Below, in pieces: positions 50,275-60,580 of a stretch of 64,000 nucleotides of DNA. The translations under genes and the position numbers were made by a program. The number at the start of each line of letters is the position of its first letter. Position 1 is the stretch's first letter. The notes under the pieces are model-generated. The model ran no database searches and was not told the DNA's origin. It saw only the letters and a program-made list of their open reading frames with translations. The stretch covers positions 124,001-188,000 of the forward strand of contig MU058037.1 in the NCBI GenBank assembly GCA_013265495.1, in the 5' to 3' direction. Source of the stretch: Vicugna vicugna. Its lineage: Eukaryota.

Positions 50275-50970
50275 TATTTTAAACTTTGTACTGGAGGATA
50301 ATCTATATATATATGTACATAGAAAGGCACATATGCATCATAAGTGTACAGACTGAATTTTCATGAGTGAACACACCCAAGTAACCAACACCCAGCTCAG
50401 TGGTAAAGTGCATGCCTGTCCTGCATGAAGTCATGGATTCAATCCACAGTACCTCCATTAAAAATAAATAAACCTAATTACCTCTCCCTCAACAAAATTT
50501 AAATAAATAAATAAATAAATAGAAATAAATAAAATTTAAAAAAGAAGCAGAACATAACCAGCAGCCCAGGAGCCCTTTCCAATCACTAATCCACCGACTT
50601 TAAACTCTGTCCTGACTTCTAACACCATAGATTAGTTTTGCATGTTTTGTTTATTTCAAGTCATACAGTACATACTCCTGTATCTGGCTTTTATCTTCAA
50701 TATCATGTATGTGTGATTCCTCCATACTGTTGTGTATAGTTGTATATCATTCATTCACATGATGTATATTACTTTATCGTGTGAAAAGGTATTTCCCCTT
50801 CTATTGTTGAGGGACATTTGGGTAACTTCCAGTTAGGGGCTCCTAGGTGCTGCTGTGAGCATCCTAATACATATTTTAGTGCACATATGTGTGTCTATTT
50901 GTTGGACCTATGCCAAAAAGTGGAATTGCTGGATTGTAAGGTATGTGGATATTCAGCTTTAGCAGATTTT
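50275..50970 (-). mobile_element. Old L1 (L1MB/ME-like) 3' fragment interrupted by a SINE
   Basis: cataagtgtacag...gtgaacacacccaagtaaccaacaccc|...|aagcagaacataaccagcagccc; ctattgttgagggacatttgggtaacttccag. Confidence 0.85.
50394..50543 (+). mobile_element. Camelid tRNA-derived SINE (vic-1-like), 5' truncated
   Basis: A-box-like agctcagtgg, B-box-like ggattcaatcc, body agtacctccattaaaaataaataaacctaattacctc, and an (AATA)n/A-rich tail. Confidence 0.85.
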
Positions 50971-51689
50971 ATGTGCATTTTTTAAGCGCTAGAGGTGATT
51001 CTGATTCCTGGCCAAGGCTGAGAACCACTGATCTATAATATCTACCCAAAAGGAAGGTTTAAAGCCACACTATCAAAGCCTGGATGAGCTCATTAAAGAT
51101 GTAATATTAAGAAGATGAACTACAAGGATCATCCATACCGCCTCACAGATAATGCCAATATCTGTGGCTTCAGTAGTTAGCTTGCCATTTCCGTAGGGGG
51201 TTAGGGTGGGTGGGTTAATGCTAGATACTGGCTCTCATTTTCTTTTCTCCCTTGGTTCGACCCTGATTTCTCTCAGGTTCAGCAAAGTGGAATGCCAACA
51301 GAGAACTGAGACTGAGAGAAAGCATTGCCAAGTACCGTTAATTATTAATGAAATGAATTTGCATCAAACCAGAGGGGATTAAAGTGGCTTAAAATGAATA
51401 GCAAGTTCTTGATAAGGCTTTCCTTATTCTCAGGTGACTGGAATGATGCACTCATGTTGGAGCACATTAATTTAATAGACGCCCTGCTCCCCACCCGGTG
51501 CAGCTTGGAGCTGGATATAAGCCCAGCCAGGGGACAGCAAGCTCTGAAGCAATTTCTGCTTATGTGGCTAACGGTGAAACGAAGTGATGTGAGTACCATG
51601 CGGTCGGCTGAAGAAATGCTTTAAACATACCTCAAAGCGAAACATCCTTTCACTACCCCGCCACAAACGCTGGGGAGAGAAAAGGACAT

Positions 51690-51890
51690 GGCTACAGCCT
51701 CAAGCAGATCTCAGTTCAGACCCCAGCTCAACGTTACCATACCCTGTGCCTATGATCTTGTAAATTACCTAACCTCTCAGAGCCTTTGATTTCTTTATCT
51801 GTAAAATGGGATAAGTAGACATACCTTAAGGGATCGTATGTAAAGTGCCAGGCTCACAACAGGCACCCAGCATATAGCAGTTATTATTGC
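51690..51890 (+). mobile_element. MIR SINE
   Basis: aaattacctaacctctcagagcctttgatttctttatctgtaaaatgggataag. Confidence 0.8.
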
Positions 51891-52554
51891 TTATGGTGCT
51901 GGAGGGAGATACTGTTGAGAATATACTTGTGTGGTGGGAGAGAGAGAGAGCAGCAGAGAGAAGGTGGTGCTCTAGAAGCTAGTCTTTGGACAGATGGCAG
52001 GCCCATATTGAAAATGGAAATGTTTCCTGCTGCTACAGATCCAAGGAAAGTCTTTAAGTCTGTGCAGAACATAAAGGAATTGGCTCCCAGAATTTTCTAT
52101 TAGTTCATTACACACACAGGCACATAACTGTGCCAAGGACATGTGGAAAGCTAACTCAGCTTGAAGGCTGACAAGAAGGTCAGGGTGCCTCAGCAGGGCA
52201 TTCTGGACAGGTCAGGTTTATAACTAAGATACCCCTTGCGGGACACTGTCCTCACGCAAAGAAAACTCACCTAGGTGGCCATTTTCTGCTCCATGTGTCC
52301 TCACTTCTCCTTGGCCACAGCTGACTAGACCATAGATGAGTGTGAAAGCTGGGGCCCTTTCGTCTATCTTGCTCACTTACTCATCTTTTAAGATCTAGTT
52401 CAAATATTATAATTTATAGAAAGCTTTCCCTAAGTGTTTAGGTCAGTAGGACAGAACTGACTGAGACAGAGTTGTGATAGGATAGGAAGAAACTAACAGG
52501 CAGGGATAGACTGATTATCATCCAAGCCCTAGACACCAACTGACATGGAAAGAA

Positions 52555-52790
52555 TGACAGTAGCAACAGTGCAGCATTTATTGAACACATATTTTGTGTA
52601 AGGCATTAGGCTCGACAGTTTTCATGCATGATCTCTTCTGTTAACCCATTAAGGATGGTACAATTACTTCCCCCATTTTGGAGATGAAGAAATTGAAGCT
52701 TCATGTAATTCAGTGACTTTCCAAGCTTGAAGCAAGGTCAGATCTTGTTGTTTCTAATCTCAAGCCCTTTAACCACCCCCCTACACAGCC
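52555..52790 (-). mobile_element. MIR SINE
   Basis: gcatttattgaacacatattttgtgtaaggcatt...cccattttggagatgaagaaattgaagct. Confidence 0.8.
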
Positions 52791-53729
52791 TCACCATTGG
52801 TGGACAACAGTGCCAGTGTGGCATGAGAGCTGGGAACTGCTTTGTTGTTCGGCAGAAACCGTGTTCAGAGTGAGCATGGTACCATTTCTTGTATGCATTC
52901 CTTGTATTTGGTTATTTAGACTGGATTATTTCAAGTTGTGAAAAAAATCAATCTTGTTCACTTGATAGCAATTCATTTGTTTTGTGATTAAAAGGTCATT
53001 CTTTTATGTTTAAATAACATAATTCAATGAAAGAAATTCTTAGAGCAACATTATTAGACCCAGGACCATATAATAAACATTTGAAAAGCACTTGGTATTT
53101 TAAGAAATGGCCAAGTCATTAATTGATTAGTTCAAATACTCCTTAGGTGGTGGGTGAGTAATAGTAATAATAGTAATAATCTCTGTTTTAGGGAGAAGTT
53201 AAGGAGACCCTAGGAGGTTAATATGTACCCAGGTTCCCCACTGGAAGAGATAACACAGGCTTAGAATTCAGCATCACTAACTAGTTTTCCAACCAGTTCC
53301 TTGGTATTGAAAAGGAGTAACCCCTGGAGTGGCTGCATACATTACAAAACTGCTTAAATACTTGAACTATATGCCCTTTGGAGTTAGATTTACAGAGAAT
53401 TCAATACTATCTTCAATACACCCATCCTATAATTTTAATGTTGGTAAATTTCCATCAATTCATTCCTTCAGCAAATATTTATTTTGTAATTATTATGCAT
53501 AGATATTGGGTCCCATTCTGGAAACACAACCCTGGGCAAGACAGAGCTTACATTGGGAGGTGAAAACGAGTAAACTGCAGTTATGTGGGGCTGATGAGAG
53601 CCATGGTGAATGCACACAATGAAGAGGCGGCATATGTCTGTGATGCGTGAAGCTTGTGTCTGCTAAAAGAGCAGTTTTACTGTCCCAGACTCTTTTCTAC
53701 CAGTTACCAGAGCTTAGAACCCTGTAGAC

Positions 53730-53883
53730 CAGTGGTTCTCAAACTTTGGTGGATATAAGAATCACCTAGGAGCTTAGTAAAATACCAAGGCCCTGGCCCT
53801 GCCTGACTTTAACAAGAACGGGCCACTGTATTCTTCATCAGCTCTCTAGACGATTCTGACACACATCTGTTTGAGAACCACTG
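53730..53883. mobile_element. MER5A/B-like hAT MITE
   Basis: TIRs cagtggttctcaaa / tttgagaaccactg; TSD CTGTAGAC/CTCTGGAC (6/8, NTCTAGAN-type target). Confidence 0.9.
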
Positions 53884-53921
53884 CTCTGGACTAACACTAC
53901 ACCATTTCACTGGTTGTAGTA

Positions 53922-54083
53922 CAGTTGTCCCTTGGTATCTGTGGGACATTGGTTCCACATACCCACCACCTCCTGTCCTGCAGATACCCAAATCCCCAGC
54001 TGCTCAAGTTCCTTATATAAAATGGTGTGGTGCAGAGTCTTCTGTGTCTGCATGCTAAAGCCGTGGGTGCAGAGGGCCAACTG
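53922..54083. mobile_element. MER2-family Tigger MITE (short)
   Basis: TA-flanked on both sides; TIRs cagttgtcccttggtatctgtggg / ccgtgggtgcagagggccaactg; interior gctcaagttccttatataaaatgg. Confidence 0.88.
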
Positions 54084-54489
54084 TATGACATGTGTGGCAG
54101 TTAAATTCTTTTCTGTGTTTTCTTTCTGGAATATGGAATAAGACCTGATACAGGATATCTGATTTCAAGAGACTTTGGCTTGTTTGAAGCTGAATTACTC
54201 AAAGTGGGAAAATAAAATTTTCTGTCTCCTTTCATGTTGGTTACCTTGTCCCTGACCTATATCTTTGGCTTACTGCACTCATTTTCTTTGAAGTTGTTTT
54301 CTGAGCAGAAAACATTTTATTGAAAAGTGCTCTTATGAATTCAAAAGGTGGGATTAAGTAGGAAATATCAGCACTAGAACGGAGACAAATACTTGATGGA
54401 AGACAATATTCCCTTGGGGGAGAATCCTCATTTCCTGTTTCTTTATTGCTTTTCCATTTCCACTGAGACAGAGTTTAAATGAAAGCTTT

Positions 54490-54680
54490 CCATTCATGAT
54501 TGTGTGACTTAGGGGAAGTTGCTTAACCTTTCTGTGTTTTTACTTTCATCATCTGTAAAATGGAGATGGTGATAATGATAGTAGCTATCTCACAGGGTTG
54601 TTATGATGATTAAGTTAACAAATGAAAACACTTAGAACTGGAAACCTAGTAAGTGCTCAGTAAATGTTCCTGCTATTATT
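54490..54680 (+). mobile_element. MIR SINE
   Basis: tgtgtgacttaggggaagttgcttaacctttctgtg...catctgtaaaatggagatgg...agtaagtgctcagtaaatgtt. Confidence 0.88.
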
Positions 54681-55144
54681 TTTTCCATCATACCTTTTAA
54701 ATATCTCATTCCTCCTGGTGCATCTGTTGTTTCCTTTCTGGATTATGTTGAGGGTAAAGACCAATGGGTTCTATCAAGATTAACTGAAAAAGAATTGGGG
54801 CCTCATAAAGGACTAAAATGAAATTAAACTAGCCTCACAGTTACTGCCAATCCTTTTTTTTTTATAAACATATAATGTTTAGAAACTGGGGAAAAGTTTA
54901 GAAACAGAACCTGTTGTCAGCCAAGGGCAATGTGAAACCATGCATGAAAATGGTGGGCCAAAGACCACCTGTACTGATTCTCCAGAACTTCCCCAGAGGA
55001 GGCCAACAATCTCCTAGGAGCTGTGTCATGGGCCCTGCCCCCTCTCCTAACCTTCTCAACACATGGCAGAGGCCCTAGCTGAGAACCACCTATATAGACT
55101 GTGAACTGTATGTAGAGTTGGGATGGGTGATGCTACTGAGGTAG

Positions 55145-55722
55145 AACTTAAATTTCAATAAGGTGTCAGTATTTCCAGATGCACAGAAAGCTGCAAAAAT
55201 AGTACAGAATCCCATGTATCTGTCCTCCAGCTTTCCTCAATGGTGACATATTACACAGCTGGAGCATAATATCAAACCCAGAAATTGACATTGGTACAAC
55301 ACTGTCAACGAGACTACAGATGTTCAATTTTTACCGTTTTTACACACATTTGTGTGTGTGTGTGTGTGTATGTGTAGTTCTTTACAACTTTATTCCATAT
55401 GTAGATTCACATAACCACCATTGCAATCAAGGTGCAGAACTATTCCATCACCACAAAGTAACTCCCTTGTGCTACCCCTTTATATTTGCATTCATGCCCA
55501 GCAAATGCCAATCTGGTCTGTGTCTCTATGGCTTTATCACATTGAGAAGATTGTGTAAATGAAAGCATACAGTTTGTAACCTTTTAAGAGTGATTTTTTT
55601 TTCATTAAGAATAATGTCCTTTAAATCCACTTAGGGTGTTGCGTATGTGGGTAGTTTGTACCTTGTTTTTATTGTGGAGTAATATTCCATTATACGGATG
55701 GAACAGAGTTTATTTAACCATT
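55145..55722 (-). mobile_element. L1MB8-like 3' end with an internal (TG)n
   Basis: cacagaaagctgcaaaaatagtacaga...aacccagaaattgacattggtacaac...caatcaaggtgcagaactattccatcaccacaaag. Confidence 0.88.
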
Positions 55723-57319
55723 ATTTCACTCCCTCCTGTTTTTAACTCACATCTGTTAGTCTTTGAGGTGCTGATTTTCTATTATAGCTCCTATACCTAA
55801 GAAAGCCAATATGTAATTCAGTGCATTGAAATGGGATTGTAGCATATTAGAATTAACATAGAATTTATATTCTAGTGCCTTCTCAGCTATGGAAATCTTT
55901 TCAGTAACATTTGAGTAGCTTTTACGTATCTTTGAACTACAGAATGGACAGTATTTTCAATTATGACTAGTTATTCTAAAATCTTTAATTCCCATCGCAG
56001 ATTCATGACTTTACATCTGCCTTTTTTCTTACTTACTCATATATATATCCTGTATTTGTGGGATGATACTGATTTTTTAACATTGGGTTCTTTATCCAAC
56101 ATGATAATAATATTTTAAATAATTTTACTTTCTATTGCTACTAATGGAAATCAGACTCATTATAGAAGTTTCCCATGATCAAGGAGAAGAAAATTTAAAA
56201 ATCACCTGAAATCCTATCACACAGGAAAAACTGCTGTTTAATATTTTATTGTAAATCCCTCCAGGGCCTTGAGAACATTTGAACTTTCTATTCCTCAATA
56301 TTAAACTGTCTATCCTCTGGACCTCACTCGGTGAGCAGAGTTGGAGTGCCTGCAGCCTGTGCTTGAAGCTCTGAGATGTGACCAAAGGAACCTGAGCCGT
56401 GTGCTCACTCCATCTTTATGACCCAGACTTCTGTGTTGAGCAAATGTGCATCTTCTTTCCTAACTGATAAGCTGATCCGGAATTTGCAGAAATCTCAATA
56501 AATCACTTTATATCCTCCCCCTACCTTTACTGTGCCCAGAGACTCGGGGCAGGGCCAGTCCCAAGCTGACATCCTTTCCTGAGAACCCCTTCCTGGTCCT
56601 GCTTGGCCTTCCAAGGTAAAGCTCCCAAGCTGAAGTCACCCATATTTTCCATGTCTCCATAGTCATCCCACCATGGGACAGGATCCAGCAGGAGGAAAAA
56701 AACAAAAAGGCTACCTATGGCATTCCTTTTATGGAACACTGGTCTGTTGGATCCTAAAGGGGACCTTCCTCAATGTCTGGCCAGAGTTCTCCCCCTTGAG
56801 GTCAGAGGGAAGAGAAGAGGGCTATAGCTTGCCTGCCTTTCCTTCCCCTCAGCGATGTGCTGGAACACAGGTACGATGGCCTGCAGGTGGTGAGAAGTCC
56901 ATTCCTGGCTTGTGGGATAGGTAACTTCTCCCTCCTCACTAGCGTCTAGGGAGATCCAGGAGGGCGGGTGCGCCTTCCCATCCCATCACTGCTGTGTTGC
57001 TCAGCGATGTTCAGCAGTTATTGTGGGCTCGCTTGGGCCCTTCTCCCACTCCAGAAAGCAGACTGAAATGTTCAGCTGACATTATTGCAGGGATGGCCTT
57101 GAATCATCTCTAGTTTAGAAAAATAATGAAATTGATCACCAACTTGTTGCTAATATTGGTTACAAATTGCTAGGGCACATCCCGCAGTTGATCCTGGCAC
57201 ATCAGTGTGTCTGGGCTTTGTCATTTCCCAGGCCTTGCCATCCTTTAGAACTGCATATTTTCTGCATTCCTGAGCTCTATTGTCTTGGTCCGTCACTTGA
57301 ATTGTGACTGTCTTCTCCT

Positions 57320-57660
57320 TACTGATCTTGCCAGCCTCTGTTCTGGCCCTCTGTTTAATCCCTTCATCATATGACTGAGAGTGGTGTTTCTGGAGGGCCT
57401 GCCCTTTCCTGATCCTCCCTGGCTCGCCAGTATTACCAGGATGAAACCCAGGGAAACTTTCTGGGGAAACTCTATGCTCCCATAGCTCCTTGGGTGACCC
57501 TCTAGTACAGCCGTATCAATAGTTAATTTATTGTCATCTCCTCCACCCCACCCTCATCATCATACTGCAGGTATTTTGAAAAAGATTATGTTTTATTCGG
57601 TCTTGCATCCTTAGTGTCTGAATAGAGTAGATGTTCAACACATATTTGCTGAATCAATCA
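57320..57660 (+). mobile_element. L2 fragment
   Basis: Degenerate: ctgagagtggtgtttct..., gcatccttagtgtctgaatagagtagatgttcaaacatatttgctgaatcaatc. Confidence 0.6.
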
Positions 57661-58205
57661 GTATAATTAAAAGCCTACACATGTTTTTGTTTTTTGTCTT
57701 AAACTTGTTTTCATATTTAAAATAAAACTCTTCCTCAATATTTTTGTCAAATCGATCACATTACCATCATGTTTCATTTTGCTCCAGTCTGTTTTTCCCC
57801 CCTCTCAGAGGATATCTTCATAAGCATTGCCACCAAATAGCATTTCTTTTAGGTGAGTCAGTTGAAAATACAATATGAGAAAATTTCCTAACACATATTA
57901 TGAGCTGACTCCTCTTGACAATCATGATTTCTCTCATCAGTTTCAAAATATGAGTATCATACACATGGTTGGATGATTCTTCAACACTGATAAAACTCTA
58001 TCATTGAATTTCATGGCCCAACTTCGTTAATCCCTGAGCAGGTTTTATTAATTATTCTCTCACGTTCTCTCTGCTGGGCTTTCTGCCTCTTGTAAACTGG
58101 TTTAATCTTCAGCTCTTTAAAAGCGCTATTATTAGGGCTACTTATAATGACTTTCTTTTGTCACACCTGGGTTTGTCTTTTACTTCTGCTTTATAGACTG
58201 TGCTG

Positions 58206-58376
58206 CAGTGCTTCCCAAAATCACCTGGAGGAATTGTTAAAACACGGACTGCTGGGCTCTACCCCCAGGGCTTCTTATTTGGTAGGTTTGATTGTGGCTG
58301 AGAATGTACGTGACATAGCAGGTTCCCAGGTGATGCTGATATTACTGATACGCAACCCACGCTTTGAGACTCACTG
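58206..58376. mobile_element. MER5A hAT MITE
   Basis: cagtgcttcccaaaatcacctggaggaattgttaaaacac...ttcccaggtgatgctgat...ctttgagactcactg. Confidence 0.88.
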
Positions 58377-59204
58377 CTCTACTAGCTTGAGTAGCACTGT
58401 TTGATAATTTTCACAGCCGTAGCCACTCAACTCACGCTTGTTGATTCTGCCCCATTTGGCTAGGAAGGCATATGAGGACGTTAGTTGGCTTAGTACCATG
58501 TGTCTTCACGACTGATTCAGTATGGCTCACAGACTAGGGCCTTTTGCTCAGTGTTCCAGCTCCCATGTTTTACCTTCCCAGATTCCTTGTTGGGCACACT
58601 GTTTCCTCTGGGACTATGGTACTTTGATTTCCCTTGCTCATTTCCTTCTGGAAGCTGAAGATCAGACAGTAAGTTTCTTTCCCACATCTGGGCATCTACT
58701 GGCTTGCCTAAATCTGTATTTGTGACCCTGTGTTTACCCTGGTGTTGTTGGCTTGCTCGTCCTGATTTGTTCTCGTTGTTTGTTAGGACTTTGGGGTTTG
58801 CCTGCTCTATGCCAGTGAGCTGGTGTCCCGGGCCTGGATAGCTCTTACCTGACGTTCCTCAGTGTTAGTGGGGCCTGACTTCAGCAGGTATCTCACTCCC
58901 TACTTTTTAAACATTGAATATTTATTCAAGTGAGAACTTGGTTGCTATTTATACGACTGTTGCTTATTTTTTTCCCCTTCTTGACTTCTGTATGTGGTTC
59001 CAGACCCCTCAACCTCCTCCCTCACACTCTGAGACTCAATACTGGCTTGTTTCTTTTTCCTGTGTAAATGATTATTTTTCTAGTAAGATCATGCAACTTA
59101 GCTATAAGATTCTAGTGCCAGCTACATACATAACTTAGATCAATATAAGTGAAACACATTCTCTCCCTTTTAAACCTGTGTCACTGAGATCATGGGCTTG
59201 CTAC

Positions 59205-59930
59205 TCTAAGTTCAGTCTGAGGATGAGCAGAGTTAGCACCTTGGGGGAATTTGTTAGAAATGCAGAGCCTCAGGCCTCACCTCACACTTACTGAATTAGA
59301 ATCCACATTTTTTTTATTGAAATATAGTTGATTTACAATATTGTTGGTTTCAGGTGTACAGCAAAGTGATTCAGTTACATATATATTTCAGATTCTTTTC
59401 CATTATAACTTATTATAAGATACTAAATATAGTTCTCTGTGCTTTACAGTAAATCCTTGTTGCTTACCTATTTCATGTATAGTGGTTTGTATCTGTTAAT
59501 CCCATACTCCTAATTATTCCCTCCCCCTCCTCCGTTTCCTCTTTGATAACTATAAGTTTCTTTTCTATATCTGTGAGTCTGTTTATTTTGTTTATAGATT
59601 CATTGACATTTTTTAGATTCCATATTTGAGTGATACCATATGATATGTGTCTTTCTCTGTCTGGCTTAGTATATTCTCCAGGTCCATCTATGTTGGTGCA
59701 AATGGCAATATTTCAATATTTCACTCTTTTTTTATGGCTGAGTAATAATTTTGTTGTGTGTGTGAATTTGGGTTGTTTGCATGTCTTGGCTATTATAAAT
59801 AGTACTGATATGAACATTGGGGTGCATTTATCTTTTCAATTTAGGGTTTGCATCTTTTCTGGGTATATGCCCAGGAGTGGGATAGAATCCAGTTTAACAA
59901 GAGCCCCAGGTGATTACTATCCACATAATT
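59205..59930. mobile_element. MER5A split by an L1 insertion
   Basis: Left half gggaatttgttagaaatgcagagcctcaggcctcacc...actgaattagaatcc; right half tttaacaagagccccaggtgatt. Confidence 0.8.
59311..59882 (-). mobile_element. Young cetartiodactyl/camelid-type L1, 5' truncated
   Basis: Poly-T, then ttattgaaatatagttgatttacaatattg...gggtatatgcccaggagtgggat; TSD TAGAATCCA at 59297-59305 and 59883-59891. Confidence 0.92.
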
Positions 59931-60209
59931 ACAAACTGATAAATGGTATAGCTCCTCCTCTAGGATGAACTCCTACCACCTGACTAAGCATGGCTCACAA
60001 TCTTAGCATGTCACTAGTTCATCCAACTTCCTTATCACTACTGATGTAATTATTACAAACCTATGTTGCTTGTTTCCCTCTGACAATATGAACTCTAATG
60101 ATTCTGCTGGAACCCAGGAACTCGCTGTGTACAGTTGAGATTTGTTGCTTCCTGGGCTGTCTCTTTGGCAAGGCGTTTCCAACTATGAGAGGACTACTTC
60201 CCTGAGCAT

Positions 60210-60580
60210 GCTTTTTCCAGCTTATTTGAGATATAATTGAGATATAGCACTGTGTAAGCTTAAGGTGCACAGCATAATTATTTGACTTATATACAGCATG
60301 AAATGATTACCCCAATAAGTTTAGTAAACATCCATCAGCTCATATAGATACAAAATTACAGAAATAAAACACATAAAAATTTTCCTTTGTGATGAGAATT
60401 CTTAGGATTTACTCTTTTAACATCTTTCATATATAACACATAGCAGAGTTAATTATATTTATCATGTTGTCCATTGCATCCCTAGTACTTAGTTATAACT
60501 GGGAGTTTGTACCTTTTGACCACCCGCATCCAATCTCACCTCCTCGACCCCCCGCCTCTGGTAACCACAAATCTGATCTG
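60210..60580 (-). mobile_element. L1MA9-like 3' end
   Basis: ccagcttatttgagatataattga...taactgggagtttgtaccttttgacc...ctctggtaaccacaaatctgatc; possible TSD tgcttttt. Confidence 0.88.

Noticed and set aside
50394-50450. tRNA gene
   Set aside because: A- and B-box-like motifs are present, but there is no 5' acceptor stem and the sequence continues into a SINE body and A-rich tail.
51345-51624. Overlapping 76-aa and 84-aa ORFs on opposite strands in the candidate conserved block
   Set aside because: I recognise no domain or homolog; the sequence features fit regulatory or non-coding function better.
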